From a virus, in the IMG/VR virus record IMGVR_UViG_3300048837_000975, positions 32,001-96,000 of that record: a DNA stretch of 64,000 bases, one strand, 5' to 3'. Below the pieces are notes generated by a model. That model saw nothing but the letters and a program-made list of their open reading frames with translations. It had not been told where the DNA came from and searched no databases. The position numbers and the translations under genes were made by a program. Below, piece by piece: positions 1 to 10,043 of this stretch. Positions within the stretch are counted from its first letter, which is position 1; every line of letters starts with the position of its first letter.

Positions 1-39
1 TCCTTGGCTTGCTTCTTGAAATTGGTCTTACGTGCCATG

Positions 40-348
40 TTACTTTTGTTCCTCGCTGCCGCCCAAAGCGGCAATATTCTTGCTCAAGATTCGGATAGTT
101 GTTTGAAGGTCTTTGTTCTCAGAATTCTTCTCGCCGAGCTCCAGCTTTACGTTCCATAGCTGCTTCTGAAGCTCGTCGTTTTCGTTCTTCAGTGAGGATA
201 GCTTCCCACGAAGCCGTGCGCAAGCCTTTCTTGCGCCATTACGTCGTTTATCTGCAAGTCGCTTGAAGTGGAGCGCGGCGTCAATTTGTTCCGCTAGACC
301 GGCGGCAACCGACACTAGCTTACCAAGATTAAGGTTCTTCAGCTCCAT
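40..348 (-). CDS. hypothetical coiled-coil protein
   Basis: ORF in a tightly packed minus-strand run; heptad-like C-terminal half. Confidence 0.55.
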   Translation of the reverse strand: MELKNLNLGKLVSVAAGLAEQIDAALHFKRLADKRRNGARKACARLRGKLSSLKNENDELQKQLWNVKLELGEKNSENKDLQTTIRILSKNIAALGGSEEQK

Positions 349-749
349 GACGCAGCTCCTCCAAGGAGTTCACGAAGAACCTCGCCACCCTCACATGAGA
401 ACAAGTCCTCTGGGTCATCTGAGACCTTGGTGAGGAAGAAGGTCGGGATGCGCTCGGTTGAGGCGACCGCTACTTCGCCAAGTGTACCGGTGGATTTCTC
501 GAAGTTCGGTAGCACTACAACCGCGTCGCATACCTCCATCATGTCAAGGTCGCCATCGAGCCAGACCTGATCCGGACAGGCCCCGCTTAGACCTCTACCC
601 ATGGTGTGTGGGCAGCATGGGAATCCCCTGACGGTTCTCGCTACGGCGACGGCAACCGCTCGCGCTCGATCGCAATTCAGCTCAACCTCGTACGGCGTCT
701 TCGCTCGAAAAGGTCCAGCAACGTAAACCAAAACTCGTCGTCGGCTCAT
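339..749 (-). CDS. DUF4406/DUF1937-like nucleoside 2-deoxyribosyltransferase-fold protein
   Basis: VYVAGPF...CPH...CDAVVVLPNFEKSTGTLGEV motif pattern. Confidence 0.65.
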   Translation of the reverse strand: MSRRRVLVYVAGPFRAKTPYEVELNCDRARAVAVAVARTVRGFPCCPHTMGRGLSGACPDQVWLDGDLDMMEVCDAVVVLPNFEKSTGTLGEVAVASTERIPTFFLTKVSDDPEDLFSCEGGEVLRELLGGAASWS

Positions 750-988
750 CGTTTGTCACCCAAGGAAAGAATCATGGTCCACTCCAAAACCACCGTGAGC
801 AAGCTCGAAAGCGCTCCAGCCAGAAGGTATCCGCTGAAGTCTTCTGCGCCGAACGCCACGACCACAAGCGATGAAGCGAGGGCTACGCAGAAGATGATCA
901 CGCCAGTGAGGACAAGCGCGAGCAGCAGACGGACGATGTGATCTGCGTCGATCACCGAAAGAACCTCGATCCGAGGATTGCGGCGCAT
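746..988 (-). CDS. small two-TM membrane protein
   Basis: two hydrophobic segments; 4-nt overlap with the neighbouring ORF. Confidence 0.5.
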   Translation of the reverse strand: MRRNPRIEVLSVIDADHIVRLLLALVLTGVIIFCVALASSLVVVAFGAEDFSGYLLAGALSSLLTVVLEWTMILSLGDKR

Positions 989-1112
989 AGCCCGGCAACC
1001 ACGAGAACAAACAGCGATCCTACCTCATCCTGATTCGCTTGGTGCCACATGGCTGCGCCAACGATGCCTGCGACAGCAACTAAAACGAGAACGAGGATCC
1101 GGGCCCAGTACG

Positions 1113-1553
1113 TCACTTGGTCATACAGCATGTTGCCAACTCCGATTCCAAAAGGTCAATTGCTGAGGCTAGCAGCTTGATGCGCGCCTCTTCGTTGTCT
1201 GTGTTGTTTGCCATGAAGATGTTCGAGATCGCCATGCCGATGCGAATGTTCTCGGCGTAGCTGACCCGCACCACCTTCTCTGTGAGCTCGTCCGGATCAA
1301 CCTTCGGTTGGTTGATGCTGTAGTTGCAGTACCAGATCGCTTTTCGAAGATCCTGCTGGAGAGATCCCTTGTGGTTGCGGCGAAGAATGTACTTCGCCGC
1401 GTTCCCGAGAGGGAAACTCATGCTGCCGGTGATCTCGATAGCCTCAACGCCTGAAGGATGTGACGTATAGTGAGGTGGGTGTGCAACTGGATCCACCACT
1501 GTCTTCTTGTCACGCTCGTGCTTTTTCATGACTTGACACCCAGTAAACCGCAC
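1113..1553 (-). CDS. DUF3310 (T7 gp1.7-like nucleotide kinase family) protein
   Basis: DPVAHPPHYT...EAIEI...GNAAKYILR..HKG...DLRKAIWY signature. Confidence 0.85.
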   Translation of the reverse strand: MRFTGCQVMKKHERDKKTVVDPVAHPPHYTSHPSGVEAIEITGSMSFPLGNAAKYILRRNHKGSLQQDLRKAIWYCNYSINQPKVDPDELTEKVVRVSYAENIRIGMAISNIFMANNTDNEEARIKLLASAIDLLESELATCCMTK

Positions 1554-1993
1554 AGGATATCGAAAGCTTCTTGAGGAGTTCGCCCGCGGGAGCTGGCACG
1601 GAAGTAGCGACTGGCTTGCTGCCCACTGTCTGACTCAACTACAGCTATGTAATAGCTTTTGTCAGGAACGTCACAGACGCTTACGAGCACCGTAGCGCCG
1701 CGCCATTGGCCGCGTCCATACCACTCGTTATTTCCTGGAGGGCTTCCTGGCTCGTGAAACCTTTGAACTTGTATTCCCGCGAACTGAAAGTCGTCGTTCA
1801 TCTTCTTGAATCTTCGCTTCAAGCTCCTTAGCGAGCTCGGGTTCTAGAATCGAAACTTGAACATCCATGCCAAAGCGGCACTGGGCGGACTCCCGCGCGT
1901 CGAACCATGTGTGGTGCTGCTCAACCTTGCCGATGTCCCAGTCGGCTGCCTGAATCCGAAACCACGGATCGCCCTTTTGGACCTTGGCGGCCA

Positions 1994-2275
1994 TCAGGCC
2001 TCGTCCTCGTCGTCAAGGGCGGAGTTGAAGTTCTTGCGGTTCAGCTCGCCGACCTCTTTCAGGCCGTCGACTGACGCGTAAAACTCGGGCCAGCGAGATT
2101 TGGACCAGATGACAAGACGAAGCTTCGTTCCCTCGTCCTTGGCGGCCTGTACCAGATCCGTAGCTTCTTGTAAGGCTGCCTTCGTAGCCCACAAAAGTCT
2201 GTCGTTGAAGAAAACAAAATCGACAACGCGGTTTGAGCGATCAACAAGTGAAATGTAATTGGAAGTTGCACTCAT
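1994..2275 (-). CDS. hypothetical protein
   Basis: ATG ORF with stop/start coupling to the downstream ORF. Confidence 0.5.
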   Translation of the reverse strand: MSATSNYISLVDRSNRVVDFVFFNDRLLWATKAALQEATDLVQAAKDEGTKLRLVIWSKSRWPEFYASVDGLKEVGELNRKNFNSALDDEDEA

Positions 2276-2306
2276 GTCTGTACCATATCATCCGTACGCT
2301 TCGGTT

Positions 2307-3431
2307 TCAACCGGAATCTTTGTTCCGATGTCGATTTTTCAAAGGGGCTAGGAGCTTGGCTAGAGAGGAACCTCCAGGGAGACCGCGAGCGCCAGAGTAT
2401 AGTGCACTATGATAAGCTGCCCATGTGTCTCCAGGATGACCGTTCTCAACTTTTCCAGAATGAACAGAAGGCCACCTCCCTTTGGATCTGTTATGTTCTG
2501 CTGCTCGTTCGAGTATAAATTCTGTGTTTATCGGCCGTTTGTTGCTTATGTTCTGAACCCCAAATCTATCCTCGAACAGCTTAGCAAGAGAGCTTCCTCC
2601 AAGCAGCCCTCTGGCACCGGTCATTAGCGCCGTATTGTAACCACTCCACGTGTCAGTTTCGTATCCACCGTCAACGCGACCCGAGTACTGCGTTGGCCAG
2701 CTCCCGTGCCGCCAGAAGAATCCCAATGCCATGTCTGAGACAAAATCTTCTGTTAGCCTGGGAAGTGCCGCCTTATTTGGCACGCCAAACCTTTCACTAA
2801 GTAGTTTTGCTAACGATGAACCTCCCGGAAGACCCCTTAGTCCTTCGCGAAGCGCGTATTCGTACCTACCCCACGTGTCGCGAATATGTCCTCCGGGGAC
2901 CTGTTCCTCCGTCGTTGCTTTCGGCCAATTTCCCGTCAGTGCGCGATACTCAAGCGCTCTTTCTGCTATGAAGCTCTCGGTTACATGAAGACCCCTTCTT
3001 CCTTGACCACCGAGCGTGGCGTTGTAGCCAAAGGAAGGACACCAACCAATGAAAGAGCGAAACGCTTTAACGAACCTAGGCTCCATCTCGGCGAGCGACA
3101 GGTCCCTTTCGTCTGACGCAAAAAGTATCTCATGCAGAAATACGTCAGACCCATACTTTCTTATTGCTCTTTTGAATACGTAGTCATATCCGCACCTGTG
3201 CTTTTTGCAGCTCTCAGTTTTGTGAAACGACCATCTGCTTGTTGGATTCGCAGCAAATCCCACATACGAGAACTCCCGCTCAACCCCGTCCACGACCTTC
3301 ACATGGTAGTGCCGGTAGACGTAGTACAGTGGCGCGTTCGGATCCGAAATGACGTGCGAGTACAGCGGGCTCTTCGTCCACTGCACTCCCCGTCGATTCA
3401 ACCTCGAGATGGTATCAATCTCGTCGGACAT
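2307..3431 (-). CDS. GIY-YIG homing endonuclease-like protein with three C-terminal repeat domains
   Basis: YVY...YVG...RW..H...AIRKYG...E...GYN.TLGG; three DTW..Y..AL..G.RGL.GGSSLAKL repeats. Confidence 0.8.
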   Translation of the reverse strand: MSDEIDTISRLNRRGVQWTKSPLYSHVISDPNAPLYYVYRHYHVKVVDGVEREFSYVGFAANPTSRWSFHKTESCKKHRCGYDYVFKRAIRKYGSDVFLHEILFASDERDLSLAEMEPRFVKAFRSFIGWCPSFGYNATLGGQGRRGLHVTESFIAERALEYRALTGNWPKATTEEQVPGGHIRDTWGRYEYALREGLRGLPGGSSLAKLLSERFGVPNKAALPRLTEDFVSDMALGFFWRHGSWPTQYSGRVDGGYETDTWSGYNTALMTGARGLLGGSSLAKLFEDRFGVQNISNKRPINTEFILERAAEHNRSKGRWPSVHSGKVENGHPGDTWAAYHSALYSGARGLPGGSSLAKLLAPLKNRHRNKDSG

Positions 3432-3753
3432 TCAAACTGACCGTCTCGTAGATCTGACTCGTTAGTCCGTAGACCCCGCGCTTCTTGATCTCTTCGTCGC
3501 TGCTGAATGTTTTGAACTCAACTTCGACCTTCACCGTTCGTGGGCCATCGATCACCTGGGCGTCTTGCCACTCATTATCGTAGAACACCTCGATGAATGT
3601 TCCGACGCGAAAAGCAGACACGGGAGACAGTTCCTTGACGACCCTGGCTGGCGTGTCGCCGCTAACCTGAACACGATTGGGCTCGTCGTCAAGGTTTTCT
3701 CCGCTAATCTCCAACCAAATCCTGTCATCGATCTTCATCGTCCGGCCATCCAT
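3415..3753 (-). CDS. hypothetical protein
   Basis: ORF in operon context. Confidence 0.45.
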   Translation of the reverse strand: MDGRTMKIDDRIWLEISGENLDDEPNRVQVSGDTPARVVKELSPVSAFRVGTFIEVFYDNEWQDAQVIDGPRTVKVEVEFKTFSSDEEIKKRGVYGLTSQIYETVSLNVRRD

Positions 3754-3805
3754 TCGCTCTCAGTCGTCACGTCTGGATCTTTGAGGCGTCCAGCTGCCTT
3801 TGTAA

Positions 3806-4213
3806 TTATCGTCCGGCGATCCACTCGGTAATGTAGAACTTAGCATCCCCAAGCGAGTCGGCAACCGCAAAACGAACGCCCTCGGATTCCGCTCGCTTTG
3901 CCCACTCGACCTGGTTTTTATTTAGCTTTCCACCCTTCTTCTTACACTCCAGGAAGCACGGTTTACCTTTCACAACAAGGAAAATATCCGGAGTCCCAGG
4001 CGGAGACAGCTGGACCTTCGACCCACTCTCGGTCGTCACCAGCCCGGAGTTCATGCGCCACGCCCAGATATGCAGCGCGTCACAAAGCGCAAGCACCTTC
4101 TTGACCAGACCATCGTCAGCGCGGCGGCGCACGGAAGGGAACCTGCGAGACACCTTCGTGCTAGCCACTGGTCCTCCTCGGGAATAGCCAAAGCCAGGAT
4201 ATTGCTCCAACAA
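3806..4213 (-). CDS. VRR-NUC domain (PD-(D/E)xK) endonuclease; true start probably near 4164
   Basis: PGTPD...FLECK...GKL...Q..W motif. Confidence 0.85.
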   Translation of the reverse strand: MLEQYPGFGYSRGGPVASTKVSRRFPSVRRRADDGLVKKVLALCDALHIWAWRMNSGLVTTESGSKVQLSPPGTPDIFLVVKGKPCFLECKKKGGKLNKNQVEWAKRAESEGVRFAVADSLGDAKFYITEWIAGR

Positions 4214-4439
4214 TCAGCAGATTGACAGAGTAATTCCCAACCAGCGCAAGATCCGACGGGTACTTCGCCAGCACGTAAGCAAGCATCGCCACTTCGCCGA
4301 CCATCCACAGCGCAACCGTACCCCCAGCCATGCCCCGAGACGTTCCAAGGCGAACAGACTGAATCGCCTGCGGAATGCCGGATAGCGCGAACGCCAGGGC
4401 GCCAACGAAACCAACGACCTCAACCACTGTGGCGAACAT
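4161..4439 (-). CDS. PQ-loop / SemiSWEET-like small transporter
   Basis: three TM helices with IPQA..S.R.G.SRG PQ-loop motif. Confidence 0.75.
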   Translation of the reverse strand: MFATVVEVVGFVGALAFALSGIPQAIQSVRLGTSRGMAGGTVALWMVGEVAMLAYVLAKYPSDLALVGNYSVNLLIVGAISWLWLFPRRTSG

Positions 4440-4794
4440 GAACCACCCAAACCGGAATACTGTGAGCCCTGCATCGCGTTACGCAATCAAAAGTTCCTCG
4501 AGAGTCTTCGAGATCATCCTTGTCGCATAGAGCCAGGCAATGCGTTGCGGCGGAGTGCCGAATCATTCGCTCGTTTCTCTCGGGTCCAGCACGCCTTCCT
4601 TTGGACCAGTCCGCCGTGTAGACATGAACAGGAACAGAGAACCGGCTGCCGACGTTGCCAGCAGCCTGATCTGGTCCTCGGCACCCTCCGTGCACGATCT
4701 TGCTAGGTTTCCCGTTCTGATTGATCCACTCAACGATCGCCTTCTCGGCATCGAACTCTGGAATCGTTCTAGAACCACATACCAGCAAGATCAT
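4420..4794 (-). CDS. SLOG family (DUF2493/YspA-like) protein
   Basis: LVCGSR...IVHGGCRGPD..A...ADW...AGP.RN..M...SRGT motifs. Confidence 0.85.
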   Translation of the reverse strand: MILLVCGSRTIPEFDAEKAIVEWINQNGKPSKIVHGGCRGPDQAAGNVGSRFSVPVHVYTADWSKGRRAGPERNERMIRHSAATHCLALCDKDDLEDSRGTFDCVTRCRAHSIPVWVVHVRHSG

Positions 4795-4809
4795 AAAGCC
4801 TCACTTTAC

Positions 4810-5775
4810 CTATGCGCGGCGGCGCGTTCGCTTCTGCTGTTCAGGATCCGAGGCGTCGAGCCCTTCGGTGGCGGCAACGAATTCGCTCACCAGTGCGCTC
4901 CCGCCAACCGTGGGCGGCAGATCTGCTTCGGCAACCTCAACCGTTGGCGTCGAGCTTACGACCTCGGCGGCTACCGTCTGGACAGCTTCCTTGTCGGCTC
5001 GCTTCTCTTCCGCGGCTGCGATCGTGGCCCCGATGTCGAACCCTGCGTCGCTCTCGAGCACCTTCGCCAAAGCATCGTCCGGCGACAGGGCGACGTACTT
5101 GAGAACCTGCTTGATCGCAGTCTTTTTCCACATAGACGATTCCCATGCGTTCCATGGCGAACTCGGGTTGTTTGACGACTTCGATGCCTTCTTTACCTTG
5201 TCAATGTAGCGCTGGTTGATCACCTCGAACTCGGCGTCTCCGGACTTGAGAATAACAACTCCATACGCGTAGATCGGCCTGTCGATGTCCACTTCACCAT
5301 CAGACATCACATGAAGAGCTCCAAGAGCTTCTCGGTCTGACATCCCAGCCGGGACATGTTGCAGATCTCGGTGAAGGCCCAAGGTGTAACGGAATTCGTC
5401 ACCCGGGTATACGCAGTAAGCATAGATGCTCTTTACGTTACCAGACCGACGGGCCAGTTCACACAGACCCTTGTACCCGATCTGAAACTGGCACTCGCGC
5501 CCGTACGGAATCAGGTACGCCAGACCGAGAGCGCCATTCGGCTCAAGTCCCAAAGACGCAGACTGTCGAACCGAGTGAAAGAAGCTCTCTGGAGTGCAAT
5601 TCAGTAGTGCTGGATTTGTATGAATGGCATTGACGCAGACCTGCGCGAACCTCTTAAGATTCTGGTCTCCGCCCATTCCCTGAGGCAACGCCTGCGCCAG
5701 GGACTTCATGTTGTTGACCAAGATCTTGCGCAGCGCGGTAAAGCGCTCGTCGTCTGCTCGAATGATAGCCGTCAA
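4810..5775 (-). CDS. recT: RecT single-strand annealing recombinase
   Basis: LLNCTPES...LGLEP..LG.AYLIPY..ECQFQIGYKGL.ELARRSG...W..MWKKTAIK. Confidence 0.95.
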   Translation of the reverse strand: MTAIIRADDERFTALRKILVNNMKSLAQALPQGMGGDQNLKRFAQVCVNAIHTNPALLNCTPESFFHSVRQSASLGLEPNGALGLAYLIPYGRECQFQIGYKGLCELARRSGNVKSIYAYCVYPGDEFRYTLGLHRDLQHVPAGMSDREALGALHVMSDGEVDIDRPIYAYGVVILKSGDAEFEVINQRYIDKVKKASKSSNNPSSPWNAWESSMWKKTAIKQVLKYVALSPDDALAKVLESDAGFDIGATIAAAEEKRADKEAVQTVAAEVVSSTPTVEVAEADLPPTVGGSALVSEFVAATEGLDASDPEQQKRTRRRA

Positions 5776-6155
5776 TTTACTTTGCCTCCGGTTGCGCCCT
5801 TCTTGGGCGGTTGCGCCATCTTCAGAAGATCGCTGATCGTCTGAACGTCGTCACCCTGCGACTTGGACTTTATCTCATCCAACTGATCGATTATCGTCGA
5901 TAGCTTCAGAAGAATCGCGATGTGCTCAGACGTTGCAATGGACACCTGAATCATTGCGTGAGCATCTGCCCATCGACCTTGTTCGCTGAACTTCGCTGCC
6001 ACCCGAGGAGGAAGAAGCTGAAGCTTGTCAAAGATTCCTTGCAAGAATTCTTTGTCAGCGTAACGCTTGTCTGACCCTCCGGTGTACGCGTCATCCATCA
6101 GCTTAGCTGTCAGGTTCATAAGCGAGATAAGTTCAGTCTCAGGATCCGTTGTCAC
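5772..6155 (-). CDS. hypothetical protein
   Basis: ORF with 4-nt overlaps to both neighbours. Confidence 0.6.
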   Translation of the reverse strand: MTTDPETELISLMNLTAKLMDDAYTGGSDKRYADKEFLQGIFDKLQLLPPRVAAKFSEQGRWADAHAMIQVSIATSEHIAILLKLSTIIDQLDEIKSKSQGDDVQTISDLLKMAQPPKKGATGGKVN

Positions 6156-7354
6156 TTCTTCGCGCCCTTCTTTGCAGGTTTCTCTTCGACCTTCTTTTCG
6201 GCCTCGGAAATCTTCGTTGGCTTCTGAACAAGCGCGACAAGCGCCTTGTAGTCGCCGCTTGTCACAGTAAGATGATTCGGCTCAGACAGCTTGATCGACA
6301 CAACATCGGTTGCCGCGGACTTGATGTTAGCCAGCAGGAGAGGTGCGCTGATGTAAAGCTCGGTGTCTCGTTCTACGGAGTCACACTCTACGATATCTAC
6401 GGCTCCAAGCTCAGCGTCCGCCGTAAAGTCGGTCACCATCTCGATCTTCACTCGCCCAGGCTTCGTTATGTCGCTGAGCTGCTTTGAAAACTTCAGAGAG
6501 ATCACCGAATCTGGCTTCACGCAGGTTACGCCTTTGATGGCCTGCGTAAGAGCTTCTGAGCTCACGGTCGCGATAGAGCGCGGCTCGATCATCTTGAGAA
6601 CATTGCGCCACGGGACGAATGGCTCCATCGGCGTCATGCACGCGATCATGCTCTCATCCGTCTCAACATAGATGTGGTTTTCGTCCTGGTTGATCTGGAG
6701 AGTTTGTGAGTCTTCGCAGATCTCCCCGAGCGCCCGGTGCATCAGGCTTGGGATCAGGCGCTCCCACTTCGTATCAGCTGCGCACCCGGACGCCGACTCA
6801 ACAGCGGCGAGCTGGTATCCGTTCGCTGCAGCGACCGCAATCACCTCTCCAGTGATTTCGACCATCACTCCGGACCTGCCGGTGTTAGGTGCCGGATCCG
6901 AAGCGTGACTCACACGATTCACGAGTCCGCGGAACACTGACGCCTGTACAGTGATCGCCCCGTCCTTAGGAGGAAGCGGAATCTTCGGCATCTCGTCGGC
7001 TGGGCGAGTCGGAAGCTTGTGCGTTCGCGCAGTGCCGACCCCCTTCACAATCAGTGAGCTGCCGTCGAGGGTCATTGAGACCTCTTCCGATGTAAGGGAC
7101 TTTACGATGCGAGACAGCGGCTTGACGGACACGAGCAGCTTTCCGGCATCAGTCACGTCCGCCGGGATCGTAGTTTCTAAAGCCATCTTGAGGTTCGTGC
7201 CGGCAAGCTGAAGAGTTGCTCCAGCTTCAGCGTCAGCGACGAAAGCCATAATGCGAACATAACCTAGGGTGCTGATCGTAGACTTGTCGTCTGTGACGCC
7301 CTCAACTTTTTCGAGAGCGCGCGTAAGCGATTGGCGGTTTACCGTTAACTTCAT
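6152..7354 (-). CDS. dnaN: DNA polymerase III beta sliding clamp (divergent)
   Basis: MKLTVNRQ.L..AL..V.GV.D.KST...L; GTNLKMAL; three-domain length; GGAG SD before the ATG at 7354. Confidence 0.85.
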   Translation of the reverse strand: MKLTVNRQSLTRALEKVEGVTDDKSTISTLGYVRIMAFVADAEAGATLQLAGTNLKMALETTIPADVTDAGKLLVSVKPLSRIVKSLTSEEVSMTLDGSSLIVKGVGTARTHKLPTRPADEMPKIPLPPKDGAITVQASVFRGLVNRVSHASDPAPNTGRSGVMVEITGEVIAVAAANGYQLAAVESASGCAADTKWERLIPSLMHRALGEICEDSQTLQINQDENHIYVETDESMIACMTPMEPFVPWRNVLKMIEPRSIATVSSEALTQAIKGVTCVKPDSVISLKFSKQLSDITKPGRVKIEMVTDFTADAELGAVDIVECDSVERDTELYISAPLLLANIKSAATDVVSIKLSEPNHLTVTSGDYKALVALVQKPTKISEAEKKVEEKPAKKGAKK

Positions 7355-7406
7355 AGCTATCTCCGGGTTAAAATGTTGTAGCAGGCTCAACCTATACGCG
7401 CAAGCG

Positions 7407-7622
7407 CTATTTCTCTTCGGCCGCTAGGCAGGCTTCGCACCTGGCCGGAGAGCCAATCAATCCCTTGCGAATCGTTGTCCGGAAAAGCTTGCAAGCGTAC
7501 GAATCGGGCCCTCCTTGCATCGGAGCCGGAATGTACCTAACGGCCGGACACGGACCGCAGTGGATTCCGTCCTTCGCGACAGAGGTTAAGAGGCACAGGT
7601 GTACGGTTTTACTTTCTTCCAT
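7407..7622 (-). CDS. small Cys-rich (zinc-binding) protein
   Basis: CxxC...C...CxxC spacing; overlaps the upstream gene. Confidence 0.5.
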   Translation of the reverse strand: MEESKTVHLCLLTSVAKDGIHCGPCPAVRYIPAPMQGGPDSYACKLFRTTIRKGLIGSPARCEACLAAEEK

Positions 7623-8547
7623 AGTTCTTCTTCAATTTCAGTTGTCGCACCTCGGTCTCCGCGACCGTGTAACTCTTGCGTTTGTACTTCGAGTAGTCCC
7701 AGGATCCGGACCCATCAGGAAGCAGCCCGCGCTCATGCTGCCCGATAGACTCCGCTAGCCTGTTCTCAAGCTCGTTTACTGTCTTCTTCAAGTCCGAGAT
7801 CTGATCCTTGGTCTCCTGAAGCTCCTTGGTCCAGATCACCGCCTCATCAGGTAGGGTCACTGCCGACCCAGCCATGATGTCCAAGGCATCGATCGCGTCC
7901 TTTGACGACGTGGTGTTGTCTGCCGGGAACTCGGGCATCTTGTCGCCAGCCAGAGAGTCATAAAACTCCTGGGTCTTGCGTACAATGAGAGCGCTCAGGC
8001 CCTTGTCTCTTCTGAAGTCGCCAAACCTATGATGAAAGAACGGAGCCCCGATCACGGCCGACAGTCCACCCCAGGAGGCGCCCGTGACGATCATCTGAGT
8101 CTGCAGCTGAATCTGGTACTTCAGGTGAGGTTCACCCTTCGCTGGCCAGTTCTCTCCATTACCGGTCGTCTTCAGCTCAAGAGGCGGAAGCGGTCCAACG
8201 ATCGGCCTTCCGTCAACATCCAGAATCTCGTAGTCCAGCGTTGCGCCGAGCCACGGGTACTGCTTTGACCTCATCAGGTACTGGCAACGTCGAACCTTGC
8301 GACCGGTCTTCTTGCTGTAGAGCTCCGCAACAAGCGGCTCCATTACGTGACCCATCTCGAGGTATCCTGGGTCTTCGAGCTCTTTGCGCTCGATCCATCG
8401 TTTCTTCTCAAGCCAGATCTTGGTCGCGCCAGGCACCACGCCTAGGATAGCTGGAACCTCGCTTGCGGTGATGAGTTTCCACCTGTGCTTTAGCCAGGCT
8501 TCACGGTCGTCGTCGCCGTTGCAAACGATGTCGTAAAACTCGCTCAT
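7609..8547 (-). CDS. YqaJ-like viral recombinase exonuclease (partner of RecT)
   Basis: WL..R...ITASE...ILG...GH..EP...PWLGATLD...LELKT...Y.IQLQ.QM.VTG. Confidence 0.93.
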   Translation of the reverse strand: MSEFYDIVCNGDDDREAWLKHRWKLITASEVPAILGVVPGATKIWLEKKRWIERKELEDPGYLEMGHVMEPLVAELYSKKTGRKVRRCQYLMRSKQYPWLGATLDYEILDVDGRPIVGPLPPLELKTTGNGENWPAKGEPHLKYQIQLQTQMIVTGASWGGLSAVIGAPFFHHRFGDFRRDKGLSALIVRKTQEFYDSLAGDKMPEFPADNTTSSKDAIDALDIMAGSAVTLPDEAVIWTKELQETKDQISDLKKTVNELENRLAESIGQHERGLLPDGSGSWDYSKYKRKSYTVAETEVRQLKLKKNYGRK

Positions 8548-10043
8548 TTTCTGCCGATACTACCGAAACAATCGATCACGATGTCTTGAATCCTATCGCA
8601 GTATCCGTGATCGTCGTCGCCCCATCCCATAGCCTCGCTGCATATGTCATCGATCTTAGATAGCGCTGAAACCGCTACGCGAAGGCTCCTCTTCGCAGAC
8701 TCAATGATCTCAATAGCCTCGGCCAGCTCAGCTTTCGTTTGTACCAGGTCGACACAAACCTTGGCGCGCTCCTCTATTCCAGCTGCGTCAAGGTCGTACG
8801 CGATGATTTTCTCCTGGTCGGTCATAAGTCGAACACTTTCCCGGTCCCTGCGCCATTGCAGCCAACCACGATCCGCATCCTGCCATCGTGCAGGTGGGTA
8901 CCGTCGTAGCGACCGATCTCCTTTGGGTCTGCTTTCTTCACATGTGCACAGTACGCCTTTGTGAGCTCACGCGCAAGCGAAAACGAGACGGTTGGTGTGG
9001 TCTTTCCTGTCCGATCGTACTGGCGGAAGGTGCGCGTCTTCGCGAGCAGATATCCGTTCATTCTTCTTGTTTCCGTTGCGCATCTCGCAGGTTTGCTGCG
9101 GCCTCAAAGAACGCCCGGTGCTGACTCGGGAAGTCGCCGAGGCGAGTACCGTCGGTACCGATGACGGTCCAGCGGTTCACTTGCCGAAGTTCATCAAAGC
9201 GCACATGTACAGTGTGTAGTTTGTTTGAAAACGTCCACCAGTACGGTTTCACCTCGATCCACTCAAACTCTCCCGAGTAGATCATTGGGCGGTCATCGAA
9301 TCCGATTTCCTTGCTTACGCACTTGTCACACATTCTGTCTCCTAGCAAAAAATTTTTCGCACGAAAAGCTCTTCTCGGTTGTCTCTTCGCGATACCAGTT
9401 TACTCGTTCTGAGCAGCTTCCAAAGTCTCCTCCGACGTGAGCGCTCCAATGAACGCACGCTTCGCAGGTCTTCTTCCTGTTTTTACAGGAGCATCCTTTG
9501 CAGTTTTTGCAGGTCATCCCAGAACCCTGAGCGCCCACTGGATAGCGGCGGTTGACGTGGTCAGGTCGCTATTCTTAGCCATTATGGTCGGATTCGAGAC
9601 GCTAACGGACCAGCCCTTTACATCTTTCTGGCACAGTCGCACTCGAGCATTCCACATCTGACACGACCACTCTCCAATCACGTTTGTGCAGAACTCGTCA
9701 ACAGCTTCTGGCCTGAAGATGAACGTCCCGTACTTGAACTCTTTCCCTGGCTCCGGAACCTTCTCCTCGCGCTCTCTATTCTTGATGCTATCCATGTAGT
9801 TATTTACCCAGTGATCTCCGGTTACTCTCACCATTAGCGAGCCACCCATCCCATGTTGTTAGGCTTGTCCTGAAAGGATATGCTGAACGACAGATACTGC
9901 TGACCCGGCCGAATCGTTGACCTGATCCAAAGCTGTTGGTCCTTCAGGTGGTACGGAACCACCACCTTGCTGCATCCAAGGTTGCTCACAGTGATCACGT
10001 ACCCGCCGCTGTCGATCCGATCATCAGTCCTCGTTGGCTTCAT
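8544..10043 (-). other. run of small hypothetical early genes (8544-8825, 8822-9061, 9058-9348, 9514-9849, 9834-10043 and others)
   Basis: consecutive short ORFs, several with 4-nt overlaps, all on the minus strand. Confidence 0.55.
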
